Position numbers and translations under genes: made by a program | The notes under the pieces: generated by a model | What the model was told of the DNA's origin: nothing | What the model saw: only the letters and a program-made list of their open reading frames with translations | The model's database searches: none | Shown here: piece by piece, positions 23,967 to 34,095 of the stretch | How positions within the stretch are numbered: the stretch's first letter is position 1 | Layout of the letters: the number at the start of each line of letters is the position of its first letter | Assembly (NCBI GenBank): GCA_964446815.1 | Contig: CAYUQN010000002.1 | Span: 5,463-69,462, forward strand | Length of the DNA: 64,000 nucleotides | Direction of reading: 5' to 3' | From: an uncultured Oscillospiraceae bacterium | GTDB taxonomy: Bacteria; Bacillota; Clostridia; Oscillospirales; Oscillospiraceae

Positions 23967-24425
23967 ATGGAAGGAATACTCAAGACCCTCTTTTGGGCAA
24001 TGGTGCCCGTTTCCGAGATCAGGGGGGCCATCCCCGTCGGTATCGCCAACGGTGTCGATCCGTGGCTTGCGTATGCCATCGGAGTTGTCGGCAATATGCT
24101 GCCGATACCGCTGCTTATCCTGCTCACCCGTCGTGTGCTGCTGTGGATGAATAAGCACAATATCCTCACCGGATTTTCAAATTGGCTTCAGCGTAAGGGT
24201 GAGGAAAAGGGAAAGGTCGTTCAGACGTATTCGTTCTGGGGACTTTTGATCCTCGTTGCGATCCCCCTCCCTGGGACGGGTGCGTGGACGGGTGCTCTCG
24301 TGGCATCGCTGCTGAATATGCGGCTGAGAAGTGCCCTGCCGTCGATCGGTCTGGGTGTCATGATAGCAGGACTTATAGTCATTGCCGTCACCATGGGTGT
24401 CATCTCCGTCGGTAATTTGATTTGA
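23967..24425 (+). CDS. Small multidrug export-like membrane protein (COG2426 family)
   Basis: This 152-aa protein has 4 TM segments and the motif PVSEIRGAIPVGI typical of the family. Confidence 0.6.
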   Translation: MEGILKTLFWAMVPVSEIRGAIPVGIANGVDPWLAYAIGVVGNMLPIPLLILLTRRVLLWMNKHNILTGFSNWLQRKGEEKGKVVQTYSFWGLLILVAIPLPGTGAWTGALVASLLNMRLRSALPSIGLGVMIAGLIVIAVTMGVISVGNLI

Positions 24426-24474
24426 GATATAAGCTGAGGGGCGGTAGCGGTTCGACTTCTCTCAACTTAAGCAA

Positions 24475-24505
24475 GCCTCCCATCCAAAAGGATGGGAGGC
24501 TTTTT
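24475..24505 (+). terminator. Rho-independent terminator
   Basis: Stem GCCTCCCATCC/GGATGGGAGGC, loop aaaa, followed by TTTTT. Confidence 0.7.
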
Positions 24506-24643
24506 CAGCTTCTGCGGTAGCTTGCCATAAACTGAGGGGAGTCGAGCATTCGGTATTATTTGACTGTACAGAATAATATTCCTTGCTATTCCGTCAAAAG
24601 ACTGTTAAAATGTTTGATAACAAATCCTTTAAGGGGTGTTATT

Positions 24644-26152
24644 ATGGACGATCTGCAAACCAGAAAGAGAAATCTGATAATGTTTCCGCTCGGCACCATA
24701 GGACGTGACATGGTATACAACCTGTTCATAAACTTCCTCATGGTGTACATACTCTTTACCCGCAATCTGACCGTTGCTCAGCTATCCGCAATAACGGTCA
24801 TCACCATCGCTGCAAGAGTTTTCGATGCACTAAACGACCCCATCATGGGCAACATCATCGAACGCACCCGTACCCGTTGGGGCAAGTTCAAGCCTTGGCT
24901 CGTCATCGGTATACTCTCGACAAGTGTTGTCATCTACCTCATGTTCAACACCGATCTTCAGGGCTGGAGCTTCGTATGGTTCTTCGGTGTCATGTACTTC
25001 ATGTACTCGATAACCTACACCATGCACGACATCTCCTACTGGGGCATGGTACCTGCTCTGTCCTCCGATGCAAACGCTCGAAATCAGTTCACCTCAAGAG
25101 CGACCCTGTGTGCAGGTATCGGCGGCACCATCGCCTCCATGCTCATCCCCATGCTCACTACCGGTGATATGGCGATCGGCGGTTCGGCAAAAACCGCCTA
25201 CGGCACCATCGCAACGGTCATTTGCATCCTTGCGCCGCTGTTTCTGTGCTTCACCGTGTTTGGTGTCAAGGAACGCCGTGACTACAAGGAAGCTCCTCCC
25301 ATCAGCTTCAAAAAGATCTGGAAGACCATCACCGGCAACGATCAGCTCCTTTGGGTATCCCTTGCATTCCTTATCCAGCAGGTCGGCAACGGTATCGTTA
25401 TCGGCGGCATAGGCTCGATCTATGTGTACTTCGACTTCGGCTATGAGGGCGGACTGTACACCATCTTCTCCACCATCGGTATGGCGGCAACGGCATTCCT
25501 CATGATCTTCTATCCTGCAATCTCAAGACGTATCGACCGCAAGCCGCTTATGCGTAAGCTGCTTTATATTTCCCTTGTGGGCTATGTTGTGACGATAGGT
25601 GCAGGACTTCTGCTCACCGCAAGCACCCTCAAGTTCATTCTCATCGTCCTCGGCTATATGCTCTCAAACTTCGGTCAGTACGGCTTCTACCTTGTCATGA
25701 TGATCTCCATTCTCAACACCGTTGAATACAATGAGTACATGACCGGTGACCGTGACGAGGCTATAATCTCCTCACTGCGTCCCTTCCTGACCAAGCTCGG
25801 CGGTGCCATCGTCGTTCTCATCACCAACGTGAGCTACATTATATTCAAGGTCACCGATTTCTCAAACGGCATATCCGATATCGAAAACGCGGCATCCAAG
25901 GCAACGGAGCTTGCCAAGGGCGATGCCGACAAGATAGCTCAGATAGCAGCGGACAAATCCGCCGATATCGCAAATATCTTAAACGGTGTCAGCAGCACCC
26001 AGATCACCGGACTTCTCCTGTGCATGACCCTGCTCCCCTGCGTTTTGATGCTTCTTTCCTACTTCATCTACAAGCGTCATTATAAGCTTGACGAAAAGGA
26101 ATACGACCGCATTTGTGCCGTTATCGAGGAGCGGAAGGTGAAGGACGCATGA
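24644..26152 (+). CDS. GPH family glycoside:cation symporter (second copy in the window)
   Basis: The start at MDDLQTRK follows AAGGGGTG. It has the GPH signature ARVFDALNDPIMGNIIERT and 12 predicted TM segments, with a ~50-aa hydrophilic loop before the last TM. Confidence 0.8.
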   Translation: MDDLQTRKRNLIMFPLGTIGRDMVYNLFINFLMVYILFTRNLTVAQLSAITVITIAARVFDALNDPIMGNIIERTRTRWGKFKPWLVIGILSTSVVIYLMFNTDLQGWSFVWFFGVMYFMYSITYTMHDISYWGMVPALSSDANARNQFTSRATLCAGIGGTIASMLIPMLTTGDMAIGGSAKTAYGTIATVICILAPLFLCFTVFGVKERRDYKEAPPISFKKIWKTITGNDQLLWVSLAFLIQQVGNGIVIGGIGSIYVYFDFGYEGGLYTIFSTIGMAATAFLMIFYPAISRRIDRKPLMRKLLYISLVGYVVTIGAGLLLTASTLKFILIVLGYMLSNFGQYGFYLVMMISILNTVEYNEYMTGDRDEAIISSLRPFLTKLGGAIVVLITNVSYIIFKVTDFSNGISDIENAASKATELAKGDADKIAQIAADKSADIANILNGVSSTQITGLLLCMTLLPCVLMLLSYFIYKRHYKLDEKEYDRICAVIEERKVKDA

Positions 26153-26910
26153 GCCTGACCTCGTTTGTACTGCGATTTGCTTCTCCGCCGCCTAAGGTGG
26201 AGGAGCATGACCGCTATCTGTTCATAGGGCCGCATCCGGACGATATCGAGATAGGAGCCGGTGCGACTGCCGCAAAGCTCGCAGCCATGGGCAAAAAGCT
26301 CTGCTTCCTCATATGCACCGACGGTCGCTTCGGCTCGGAGACAGTAGCTCCCGATGAGCTTATCGAGATACGCAAGGCAGAGGCAATTAAAAGTGCGAAA
26401 ATGCTCGGCGTTACAGATGTTCGGTTTTTGGGCTTGTGCGACGGCGGCTTTTACGATGAGACGGAGCTGTGCCGAGGTATCGCAAAGACGATAGGCGACT
26501 TCAAGCCCGATCTCGTTCTTGCGCCCGACTGCTTTGTGGCAAGCGAGTCTCACACCGATCATCTCAACGTTGGCAAGGCTGCTGCAAGAGCAGCGTACTT
26601 TGCACCCTACTCCGGTGTTGCCGCGGCAATGGGTGCGGATAGTGCCGATGTCAAGGGCATAGCCTATTACATGACGGCAAAGCCCAACCGCTATGTTTTG
26701 ACCTCGAGTGAGCTTGTGCGGCTTCAACTCGACTCCGTTGCAAAGTGCCATGTCAGCCAGTTTGATGCAGACGGCATGAAGGCACTGTCACTGTATCTGA
26801 GGATACGCTCTCTCGATTTCGGGTTGAGAAATCTGAGCTCCCACGCCGAGGGCTTCCGCTGCATCAGTGCCCAGGGTATGCACTGTATGCCCGAATCCGA
26901 CTTCATTTGA
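26149..26910 (+). CDS. PIG-L/LmbE family deacetylase
   Basis: The ATGA overlap with the transporter stop suggests translational coupling. It has the motif GPHPDDIEIGAGAT and a later HTDH. Confidence 0.8.
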   Translation: MSLTSFVLRFASPPPKVEEHDRYLFIGPHPDDIEIGAGATAAKLAAMGKKLCFLICTDGRFGSETVAPDELIEIRKAEAIKSAKMLGVTDVRFLGLCDGGFYDETELCRGIAKTIGDFKPDLVLAPDCFVASESHTDHLNVGKAAARAAYFAPYSGVAAAMGADSADVKGIAYYMTAKPNRYVLTSSELVRLQLDSVAKCHVSQFDADGMKALSLYLRIRSLDFGLRNLSSHAEGFRCISAQGMHCMPESDFI

Positions 26911-26931
26911 ATCAAACGCATAGTGCATAGA

Positions 26932-26963
26932 AAAACAGCCAAGGCGGAAGCCTTGGCTGTTTG
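26932..26963. terminator. Bidirectional terminator between convergent genes
   Basis: Stem CAGCCAAGGC/GCCTTGGCTG with flanking A- and T-runs. Confidence 0.65.
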
Positions 26964-26972
26964 GCTTTTCAA

Positions 26973-28235
26973 TTATTCCTCCTCGGCGGGAGGGAGGAGC
27001 TTTACAAGAAGCTTTTCGACCCTGAGCCCGTCCATTTGGAGCACGGTCACGGAGAAGCCCTCGTATTCAAACGAATCTCCGACCTTGGGGAAGCTGCCGA
27101 ACATCTCGATAGTCCAGCCGCCGACAGTCTCGCTTTCGAAATCAAAGCTGTCCTCGCTGAGCTCCATAAGCTCAACGAAGTCGGATATGACCATATCGCC
27201 GTCCAGCTCAAACTGACCGTCGGGTCTTTCGACGACTTCTTCCTCGACCTCGTCGGTCTCGTCCCAGATCTCACCGACAAGCTGCTCCAAAACGTCCTCC
27301 ATCGACAAAACGCCGAGGGTGCCGCCGTATTCGTCAACGACTATCGCAAGGTGCTGCTTTGCATGGCGAAGCTCACTGAGCACCGCAGGCAGCTTCATCG
27401 TCTTATACACATAGCACACGGGCATAAGCAGACCGCGAATGTCGGGTTTTTCATCACCGGCAAGTGCCTTGAGGAAGTGATTGAGGTACAAAACGCCTAT
27501 CACATTGTCAACGCCATCTTCGTAAACGGGAATACGGGAGAAAGGCGATTCGTCAATGACCTTCATGATATCGTCCCAATCGTCCTCAACATCGAGGGCA
27601 AGCATATCGACTCTTGCGGTCATGACCTCGTATGCCATAATATCGGAGAAGTCGATCGCAGCCTGAACAAGCTCGGATCTGTCCTCATCCAATACGGCTT
27701 CGTCTTCCGCCGTCTCGATTATCGAGGAAAGCTCCTCGACCGCCGCATCGTCATCATCGCCCTTATCCTCACCCTTGAGAGGCAGACAAATGAGACGGAC
27801 AAGACCCACAACAAGCCAGATCAGTGGCTTTAAGATAATGCCCAGACCTCTGACGATATACGCATGACGCAAAGCGATGCGGTTTGCACTGCCCTTTGCG
27901 ACGATCTTGGGCATAGTCTCACCGAAGATGATGACCAGTAGCGTAATGGTCAAGGTGGATACCCACGCATAATCGTCACCCAAAAGCTCGATGACGGCAA
28001 GGGAGCCGAGAGAGGATGCCGCGATATTGACAAGGTTATTGCCTATGAGTATTGCCGAAAGGGTATCGTCGAATTTATCGACTATCTTCACTGCGACGGC
28101 GGCGGATTTTTTACCGTCCTCCATCGACTTTTCAAGCCTCACTCTGTTGCAGGCGGAGTACGCCATTTCGGAGGAGGAGAAGAAGTTGGAGCAGCACACG
28201 CAAATGATTATAGCTACGATATAGAAGCTTATCAT
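26973..28235 (-). CDS. CNNM/CorC-HlyC family transporter (DUF21-CBS pair-CorC_HlyC)
   Basis: It has an N-terminal 4-TM DUF21 domain (SSSEMAYS..), a CBS pair, and the C-terminal transporter-associated domain. Confidence 0.85.
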   Translation of the reverse strand: MISFYIVAIIICVCCSNFFSSSEMAYSACNRVRLEKSMEDGKKSAAVAVKIVDKFDDTLSAILIGNNLVNIAASSLGSLAVIELLGDDYAWVSTLTITLLVIIFGETMPKIVAKGSANRIALRHAYIVRGLGIILKPLIWLVVGLVRLICLPLKGEDKGDDDDAAVEELSSIIETAEDEAVLDEDRSELVQAAIDFSDIMAYEVMTARVDMLALDVEDDWDDIMKVIDESPFSRIPVYEDGVDNVIGVLYLNHFLKALAGDEKPDIRGLLMPVCYVYKTMKLPAVLSELRHAKQHLAIVVDEYGGTLGVLSMEDVLEQLVGEIWDETDEVEEEVVERPDGQFELDGDMVISDFVELMELSEDSFDFESETVGGWTIEMFGSFPKVGDSFEYEGFSVTVLQMDGLRVEKLLVKLLPPAEEE

Positions 28236-29530
28236 ACCGTGCCCTCACCTCCTTCCTCGATATGGGAAAGGCTGAGCCGCATTATACGGTTATGCACCAT
28301 TTCCGTCACCGTGACTTTGAGCCCGTGATAAAGGAAGCTGTCACCGACAGAGGGAATGGCGGCAAATTGCTCATATGCCCATTTGCCGAGAAGCTTATTA
28401 TATGTATCGTCGTCCTCATCGGGATCGTCAAACTCCAAAAGCTCGAAAACATCCGTCAGTGCCATTTCCGCTTCACAGTCCCAAGCACCGTCGGGGGATT
28501 GACGATAGGGCTCGGAAACATCGTCGTCCTCGTCCCAGATCTCACCGACAAGCTCCTCAAGGATGTCCTCGACCGTAACGATGCCGAGGGTGCCGCCGTA
28601 GCTATCCGTCACGACAGCCATATTGAGACGCTTTTTGCTCATAACGGGGAGCAGATCGTCGATCATCATCGACTCGTGGACAAAATATGCCTCGTCCAAT
28701 AGCGACCTTAAATCGTCCTTATCCCCGTGAAGATACGCCTTTATGTAGGTTCGTATCTGAAGTATGCCTATGATATTGTCAATGTTGCCCTCGTAGACGG
28801 GGAGTCTCGAATGTTTTACGTTGCGAACGAACTCGAGGATATCCTCCGCGTTCATGTTGACGTCGATAGCGGCAAGATCGACTCTCGAGGTCAGTATGCT
28901 TTCGACCGTCGTACCGCCGAATTGCAGTGCCGAGGAAATGAGCTCACCCTGTTCGGAGGAAAGCTTGTTATCCTCCGTCATGTCCTCGATAATATCGTAC
29001 AGCTCATCCTCCGTCACGGATATCTCGGGATCGCTCTTAACGAACTTCGCCGCGAAATTCCCTATAGCGGTGAGCACGGCGGATATGGGGTAAAGGATCT
29101 TCATGAAAATACTCAAGGAGCCCGATACCGCAAGCGACAGCGTTTCACCGTATTTTTTTGCAATGCTCTTGGGTAGCATCTCACCTGCGAAGAACACGAC
29201 CAGCGTGGTGACAAAGGTGCTCACCGTTACGGCTGCGCCGACATCGCCCTTGGCCTGCGTCACAAGATTCGTCACCGTGACCGTCACGATCGTAGCTGCG
29301 GTGATGTGAACTATATTGGTGCCGATAAGTATCGTAGTAATTGCACGGTCAAAGTTTTCGAGGATCCAGAGGGTCTTTTTCGCCCTACCGTCGCCCCTGT
29401 CTGCCCTCATCTTGATACGCACCTTGGACACCGAAGCGATCGAGGTCTCCGCCACGGCAAAGTATGCCGCAAGCAAAAGTAAAACAACAAGAATAATGAT
29501 AACTGATAATAGACTACCGTCTCCGTCCAT
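28232..29530 (-). CDS. CNNM/CorC-HlyC family transporter, upstream paralog
   Basis: It has the same architecture (AVAETSIASVSK.., CBS pair, CorC_HlyC domain). Its stop overlaps the start of the downstream paralog. Confidence 0.85.
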   Translation of the reverse strand: MDGDGSLLSVIIILVVLLLLAAYFAVAETSIASVSKVRIKMRADRGDGRAKKTLWILENFDRAITTILIGTNIVHITAATIVTVTVTNLVTQAKGDVGAAVTVSTFVTTLVVFFAGEMLPKSIAKKYGETLSLAVSGSLSIFMKILYPISAVLTAIGNFAAKFVKSDPEISVTEDELYDIIEDMTEDNKLSSEQGELISSALQFGGTTVESILTSRVDLAAIDVNMNAEDILEFVRNVKHSRLPVYEGNIDNIIGILQIRTYIKAYLHGDKDDLRSLLDEAYFVHESMMIDDLLPVMSKKRLNMAVVTDSYGGTLGIVTVEDILEELVGEIWDEDDDVSEPYRQSPDGAWDCEAEMALTDVFELLEFDDPDEDDDTYNKLLGKWAYEQFAAIPSVGDSFLYHGLKVTVTEMVHNRIMRLSLSHIEEGGEGTV

Positions 29531-29718
29531 TTAGGATCAACACGCTCCATTCGGTTTAGAATTAAAATTCAGTATAGCATAGCAGGGATTAACAGTCAAT
29601 ATTTTTAACTCGAATATGCTGATAATACAGCGAAAAACAGGTTTTTGTTCCTTGAAAAAATGTCTGAAATATGGTATTGTTGAGACATAAAATATTGTAT
29701 TTTTCGGAGGTTGATTTT

Positions 29719-30228
29719 ATGTTTTCCGTCGGTGAGACGATAGTGTACGGAACTAACGGGGTGTGCGAGATCAAGGAGATTTCACGGATGAAGTTCGGCG
29801 CTGCAGTCGGTGAATATTACGTTTTGTCTCCCGTGAATGCTCCGAAAAGCGTTCTGTATGTCCCGACGGGGAACGAAAAGCTTGCCGGCAAAATGCGTCC
29901 GCTGCTGAGCAGCAGCGACCTTTATGCGGTCATCGACGATGCCGCCTCCGATGCCCTTCCGTGGATAAGCGATGACGCAGGCAGGAAAAATTATTGCGAC
30001 AGTGTTGTGAAGGCAGGCGATCGCCGTGAGCTTATGCGGCTCATTTCAATGCTTTATCTGAGACGTGAGGAGCTCAAAAACAACAAGAAGCACTTTCACA
30101 ACATCGATGCTCAATACCTCAAAACCGCCGAGCGTATGCTAAACGATGAGTTTTCCTATGTGCTTGGTATCCCCACCGATGACGTTCCCGAGTTCATCCG
30201 CCTGAGAGTCATAAAAGCCAACGGCTGA
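29719..30228 (+). CDS. CarD_CdnL_TRCF family transcriptional regulator-like protein
   Basis: The N-terminus FSVGETIVYGTNGVCEIKEI...YYVL.P is typical of CarD/CdnL-type RNAP-interacting domains. The start follows GGAGG. Confidence 0.65.
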   Translation: MFSVGETIVYGTNGVCEIKEISRMKFGAAVGEYYVLSPVNAPKSVLYVPTGNEKLAGKMRPLLSSSDLYAVIDDAASDALPWISDDAGRKNYCDSVVKAGDRRELMRLISMLYLRREELKNNKKHFHNIDAQYLKTAERMLNDEFSYVLGIPTDDVPEFIRLRVIKANG

Positions 30229-30248
30229 TAAGCGAAAAATCGACGAGC

Positions 30249-30530
30249 AAAAGCGATAGGCTGATACTCAGGTCTGCACCGCACCTTTCACGGCTCCCTT
30301 GTGTAAAGAGAGCCGTCAAAAATCCTTGATTTTTGACTGAGGGATCGTTGCCATGCTTGCATCAACATCCATTGGAAATCCGGTGGTTTTAGTCGAACCA
30401 CTGCCGCCTGTCAGCTTAAGCTTTGCAACAATTGATTCAAAGCCCATACTTACATAAAAACAGACAATGCTCCGGTTTTCACGGAAGCATTGTCTGTTCC
30501 TTTTTTTGATCTTATCAGCCTATCGCTTTT
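30249..30530. repeat. 282-bp element bounded by 18-bp perfect terminal inverted repeats (MITE-like), containing the local terminator
   Basis: IR-L aaaagcgataggctgata (30249-30266) is the exact reverse complement of IR-R tatcagcctatcgctttt (30513-30530). The interior is non-coding, with the hairpins GTCAAAAATCcttGATTTTTGAC and a 16-bp-stem terminator at 30456-30507. Confidence 0.55.
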
Positions 30531-30531
30531 A

Positions 30532-32355
30532 TTATGCCTTGCCTTTCATGACGGCTCTCATACGGAGGCTGTGATCGAGGATGCTCTTGCGGAGACGGAG
30601 GCTCTTGGGAGTGACCTCCAAAAGCTCATCATCGGCAAGGAACTCCAAGCACTGCTCAAGGCTCATCTGCTTGGGCGGAACAAGACGCAGAGCCTCATCG
30701 GAGCCGGAAGCACGGGTATTGGTAAGGTGCTTGGTGCGGCAGACGTTTACGGCGATATCCTCGTTCTTGGGGCATACGCCGACGACCATTCCGCCGTAAA
30801 CCTTGGTGCCCGGGGTTATGAACATCGCACCACGCTCCTGAGCGTTCCAAATACCGTAGGCAACTGCCTCACCGGTCTCGAAGGCTATGAGCGATCCGGT
30901 GCTGCGGCGACTGAGATCGCCCTTGTACGCCTCGTACTTTTCAAATACGGATGCCATGATGCCCTCACCCTTGGTGTCGGTCAAGAACTCGTTGCGGTAG
31001 CCGAAAAGACCTCTTGACGGGACAAGGTAGGTGAGCTTAACACGGTTGCCGACAGGGAGCATTTCAACGAATTCGCCCTTTCTGGCGCCGAGCTTTTCCA
31101 TAACGGAGCCCATGAAATCGGAGGGGACATCGGCAACGACACGTTCAATGGGCTCACACATAACGCCGTCTATCTCCTGATAAAGCACTCTCGGAGGGGA
31201 TACCTGAAATTCGTAGCCCTCACGACGCATAGTCTCGATGAGGATGGAAAGGCTCATTTCGCCTCTGCCTGCTACGTTGAAGGAATCGGTCGAGCCCTCG
31301 ACATCGGTAACTCTGAGGGAAACGTCCTTGAGCGTCTCACGCATAAGACGGTCACGGATCTGCCTTGAGGTCACGAATTTACCCTCACGTCCGGCAAAGG
31401 GACTGTCATTGACGGAGAAGGTCATTTCCAAGGTGGGAGCGGAGATCTTGACAAAGCTCAAGGGCTCTGCAACGCCTCTTGCGCATATCGTATCACCGAT
31501 GGTGATATCACCGATACCGCTCATTGCGATTATGTTTCCGGCACCTGCTTCGGTGACGGGGACTTTATTAAGCCCGTCAAATTCATAGAGGGATACCGCC
31601 TTTGCCTTCATAGTCGGCTCATCGGGGTGATGGTAATTGCAGACCTCGATCTCCTGATTCTGACGGATAATGCCACGCTCTATACGGCCTATTGCGATAC
31701 GACCGACATATTCGTTGTAGTCGACGCTGGAAACAAGCATCTGGAAGGGCGAATCGAGATCCTGCTCGGGAGCCGGAATGTACTCGAGAATAGTCTCAAA
31801 CAGGGGCTTGAGATCGGTACCTGCGACCTCGGGACTGTAGCTTGCGGTGCCCTGTCTGCCGGAGCAGAAAAGCATGGGGGAGTCAAGCTGCTCATCGGTT
31901 GCATCGAGATCCATGAGAAGCTCAAGCACCTCATCGATGACCTCATGTATACGCTGGTCGGGACGGTCGATCTTATTTACGACGACGATGACGCGGTGGC
32001 CGAGCTCAAGAGCCCTCGAAAGGACAAATCTTGTCTGCGGCATGGGGCCTTCCGCAGCATCGACAAGCAAGATTACGCCGTTTACCATCTTGAGTATACG
32101 CTCGACCTCGCCGCCGAAATCGGCGTGACCCGGGGTATCGACTATATTTATCTTAGTGTCGCCGTACACGACGGCGGTGTTCTTTGCCATGATGGTTATT
32201 CCGCGTTCACGCTCAAGGTCGTTCGAGTCCATGACGCGATCGACGACCTCCTGGTTTTCTCTGTAGACACCGCTCTGCTTGAGCATTTCATCGACAAGGG
32301 TGGTTTTGCCGTGGTCAACGTGGGCGATTATAGCTACGTTTCTGAGTTTATTCAT
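30532..32355 (-). CDS. typA: Translational GTPase TypA/BipA
   Basis: This 607-aa protein has the G1 motif AHVDHGKTT and DTPGHADFGGEV, NKIDR, and is collinear with BipA throughout. Confidence 0.95.
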   Translation of the reverse strand: MNKLRNVAIIAHVDHGKTTLVDEMLKQSGVYRENQEVVDRVMDSNDLERERGITIMAKNTAVVYGDTKINIVDTPGHADFGGEVERILKMVNGVILLVDAAEGPMPQTRFVLSRALELGHRVIVVVNKIDRPDQRIHEVIDEVLELLMDLDATDEQLDSPMLFCSGRQGTASYSPEVAGTDLKPLFETILEYIPAPEQDLDSPFQMLVSSVDYNEYVGRIAIGRIERGIIRQNQEIEVCNYHHPDEPTMKAKAVSLYEFDGLNKVPVTEAGAGNIIAMSGIGDITIGDTICARGVAEPLSFVKISAPTLEMTFSVNDSPFAGREGKFVTSRQIRDRLMRETLKDVSLRVTDVEGSTDSFNVAGRGEMSLSILIETMRREGYEFQVSPPRVLYQEIDGVMCEPIERVVADVPSDFMGSVMEKLGARKGEFVEMLPVGNRVKLTYLVPSRGLFGYRNEFLTDTKGEGIMASVFEKYEAYKGDLSRRSTGSLIAFETGEAVAYGIWNAQERGAMFITPGTKVYGGMVVGVCPKNEDIAVNVCRTKHLTNTRASGSDEALRLVPPKQMSLEQCLEFLADDELLEVTPKSLRLRKSILDHSLRMRAVMKGKA

Positions 32356-32499
32356 TATAATGCAACTCCTCTACATCCGTTTCAACACAAACAATTATTT
32401 TAACACCCTTTGCGGTAAATTACAATATTTTTTGTGCAAGATATAAAAAAACCGTCGCAAGACTTTTGCCCTGCGACGGTGGACAGCTTGATCCTCAAC

Positions 32500-32931
32500 T
32501 TACTTTTCCGGAGCTTTTCTGAGGCATATGAGCACACCGACAAGGGTGGCCAAAAGACCTATACCGAGGTATGCGAGAAAGGTGATGCCGTAGGCGGTCT
32601 CGACTGTGAATGCCTGCCACAGTATCACGGGGACTGCCAAAAACGGAACGTCATACATCACTATGCCCTGTACCCAGTATCCTCCGACTGTCGCAACAAG
32701 GGCGACGACAAAGGAGAGGGCGATGATAAGGCCTCGTCTTTCAAAAGCGGAGCCTCCGTCCGAGATATACTCATAGCCCTTTTTGAGAACTATCGGGACA
32801 AGGACACCCAAAGCCGGTGAGAAAAAGCCCATCCCGAATACGAGTATCCAAACAATAACACAAAGCAGAGCGATGACTATCGCTCCGACTGTAGCCTTTC
32901 TGTATGCAGAAGCTTTTGACATGGCACGCAC
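32500..32931 (-). CDS. Hypothetical integral membrane protein (4 TM)
   Basis: This 143-aa hydrophobic ORF is followed by a terminator hairpin at ~32450-32485. No family was recognised. Confidence 0.55.
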   Translation of the reverse strand: MRAMSKASAYRKATVGAIVIALLCVIVWILVFGMGFFSPALGVLVPIVLKKGYEYISDGGSAFERRGLIIALSFVVALVATVGGYWVQGIVMYDVPFLAVPVILWQAFTVETAYGITFLAYLGIGLLATLVGVLICLRKAPEK

Positions 32932-33028
32932 CTCCGTTCAAAGGATTTTACCATACCAAAGCACAAAGGTCAAGCTTGGCAAATGCTGCGGTATGTGGTA
33001 GAATAAGAAAAAACGCAAGGAGGAAGCC

Positions 33029-33322
33029 ATGCTCTTATTTCAGATATACCGCAGTGCAAGCACAAAGGTCGTGGGACTGCTTCAGGGCAGCTTAAACTAT
33101 ACCAAGGACAAGTACGAAGAGGTCGCAGGAGATAACCCTGCCGAGATCCTCAACGGAATAACGCTGGAGCTTGAGCCCTATGTTTTCGGCGACGAGACGA
33201 TGACGGCGGAAAAGGCCCATGAGCTCATCGAGGCGTACACCGCATTTCAGGAAGCGTTCGACGTTGATATGGATGAGGAGATATCCGGTCTCGAAAGCAT
33301 CCTGATGTATATGGATATTTAA
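33029..33322 (+). CDS. Hypothetical small acidic protein
   Basis: This 97-aa ORF has an AAGGAGGAAG Shine-Dalgarno sequence. It is followed by a bidirectional terminator at 33326-33354. Confidence 0.5.
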   Translation: MLLFQIYRSASTKVVGLLQGSLNYTKDKYEEVAGDNPAEILNGITLELEPYVFGDETMTAEKAHELIEAYTAFQEAFDVDMDEEISGLESILMYMDI

Positions 33323-33370
33323 AGTAAAAAAAGCCGTCCGATGATCGGACGGCTTAAATACTTATTTGGC

Positions 33371-33610
33371 TCAGTCGGTGACGTAGGGCAGAAGAGCGAT
33401 AACACGGGCTCTCTTGATCGCCTCGGTGAGCTGACGCTGATGCATTGCACAGGTACCGGTGGTACGACGGGGCAGGATCTTGCTGCGTTCGGACATATAG
33501 CGGCGAAGCTTTGCGGTGTCCTTATAGTCGATGCCGGTGGCCTTGTCTACGCAAAACTGGCAAACTTTCCTGCGTTTGCGATTCTTGGGATTGTTCTTAT
33601 CAAAAGCCAT
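33371..33610 (-). CDS. rpsR: 30S ribosomal protein S18
   Basis: This 79-aa protein has [10 protein letters not shown]......IDYKD..LRRY.SERSKI.PRR.TG.CA.HQR.L...IKRAR..ALLPY. Confidence 0.95.
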   Translation of the reverse strand: MAFDKNNPKNRKRRKVCQFCVDKATGIDYKDTAKLRRYMSERSKILPRRTTGTCAMHQRQLTEAIKRARVIALLPYVTD

Positions 33611-33634
33611 AGCTGTATCCTCCTGTTAGATTTT

Positions 33635-34084
33635 TCAGAACGGCAGTTCGCCGTCATCGTCGCTCAGCTCGGAAAATGCACTTGCGCCCATGGAGGGGCT
33701 TACACTGTCAAAGCCGTTGTATGCGGGACGGGACTCACTGCTTCTTTCGCCGCCGTCGCGGCGTTTGCTTTCACCGAAATAGATATTCTCAACAACTACT
33801 TCAGCACTGCGACGCTTACCGCCTTCACGGTCGGTCCAGTCACGGATCTGCAAACGGCCTGCAACGACCGCCATGCTGCCCCTCTGGAAATACTTGCTGA
33901 CAAATTCGGCTGTCTGACGCCATGCAACACAGTCGATAAAATCGGTCTGTCTCTCTCCGCCGTCTCTACCGCCGAAATCACGGTCAACGGCAAGGGAGAA
34001 GGATGCAACGGCCGTCTGGGACTGGGTGTATCTGAGCTCCGGATCACGGGTCAGACGTCCCATAATGGTGATGTGATTAAGCAT
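33635..34084 (-). CDS. ssb: Single-stranded DNA-binding protein
   Basis: It has MLNHITIMGRLTRDPELRYT, an OB fold, and the acidic tip DDDGELPF. Confidence 0.95.
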   Translation of the reverse strand: MLNHITIMGRLTRDPELRYTQSQTAVASFSLAVDRDFGGRDGGERQTDFIDCVAWRQTAEFVSKYFQRGSMAVVAGRLQIRDWTDREGGKRRSAEVVVENIYFGESKRRDGGERSSESRPAYNGFDSVSPSMGASAFSELSDDDGELPF

Positions 34085-34095
34085 TGTCTGTCTCC

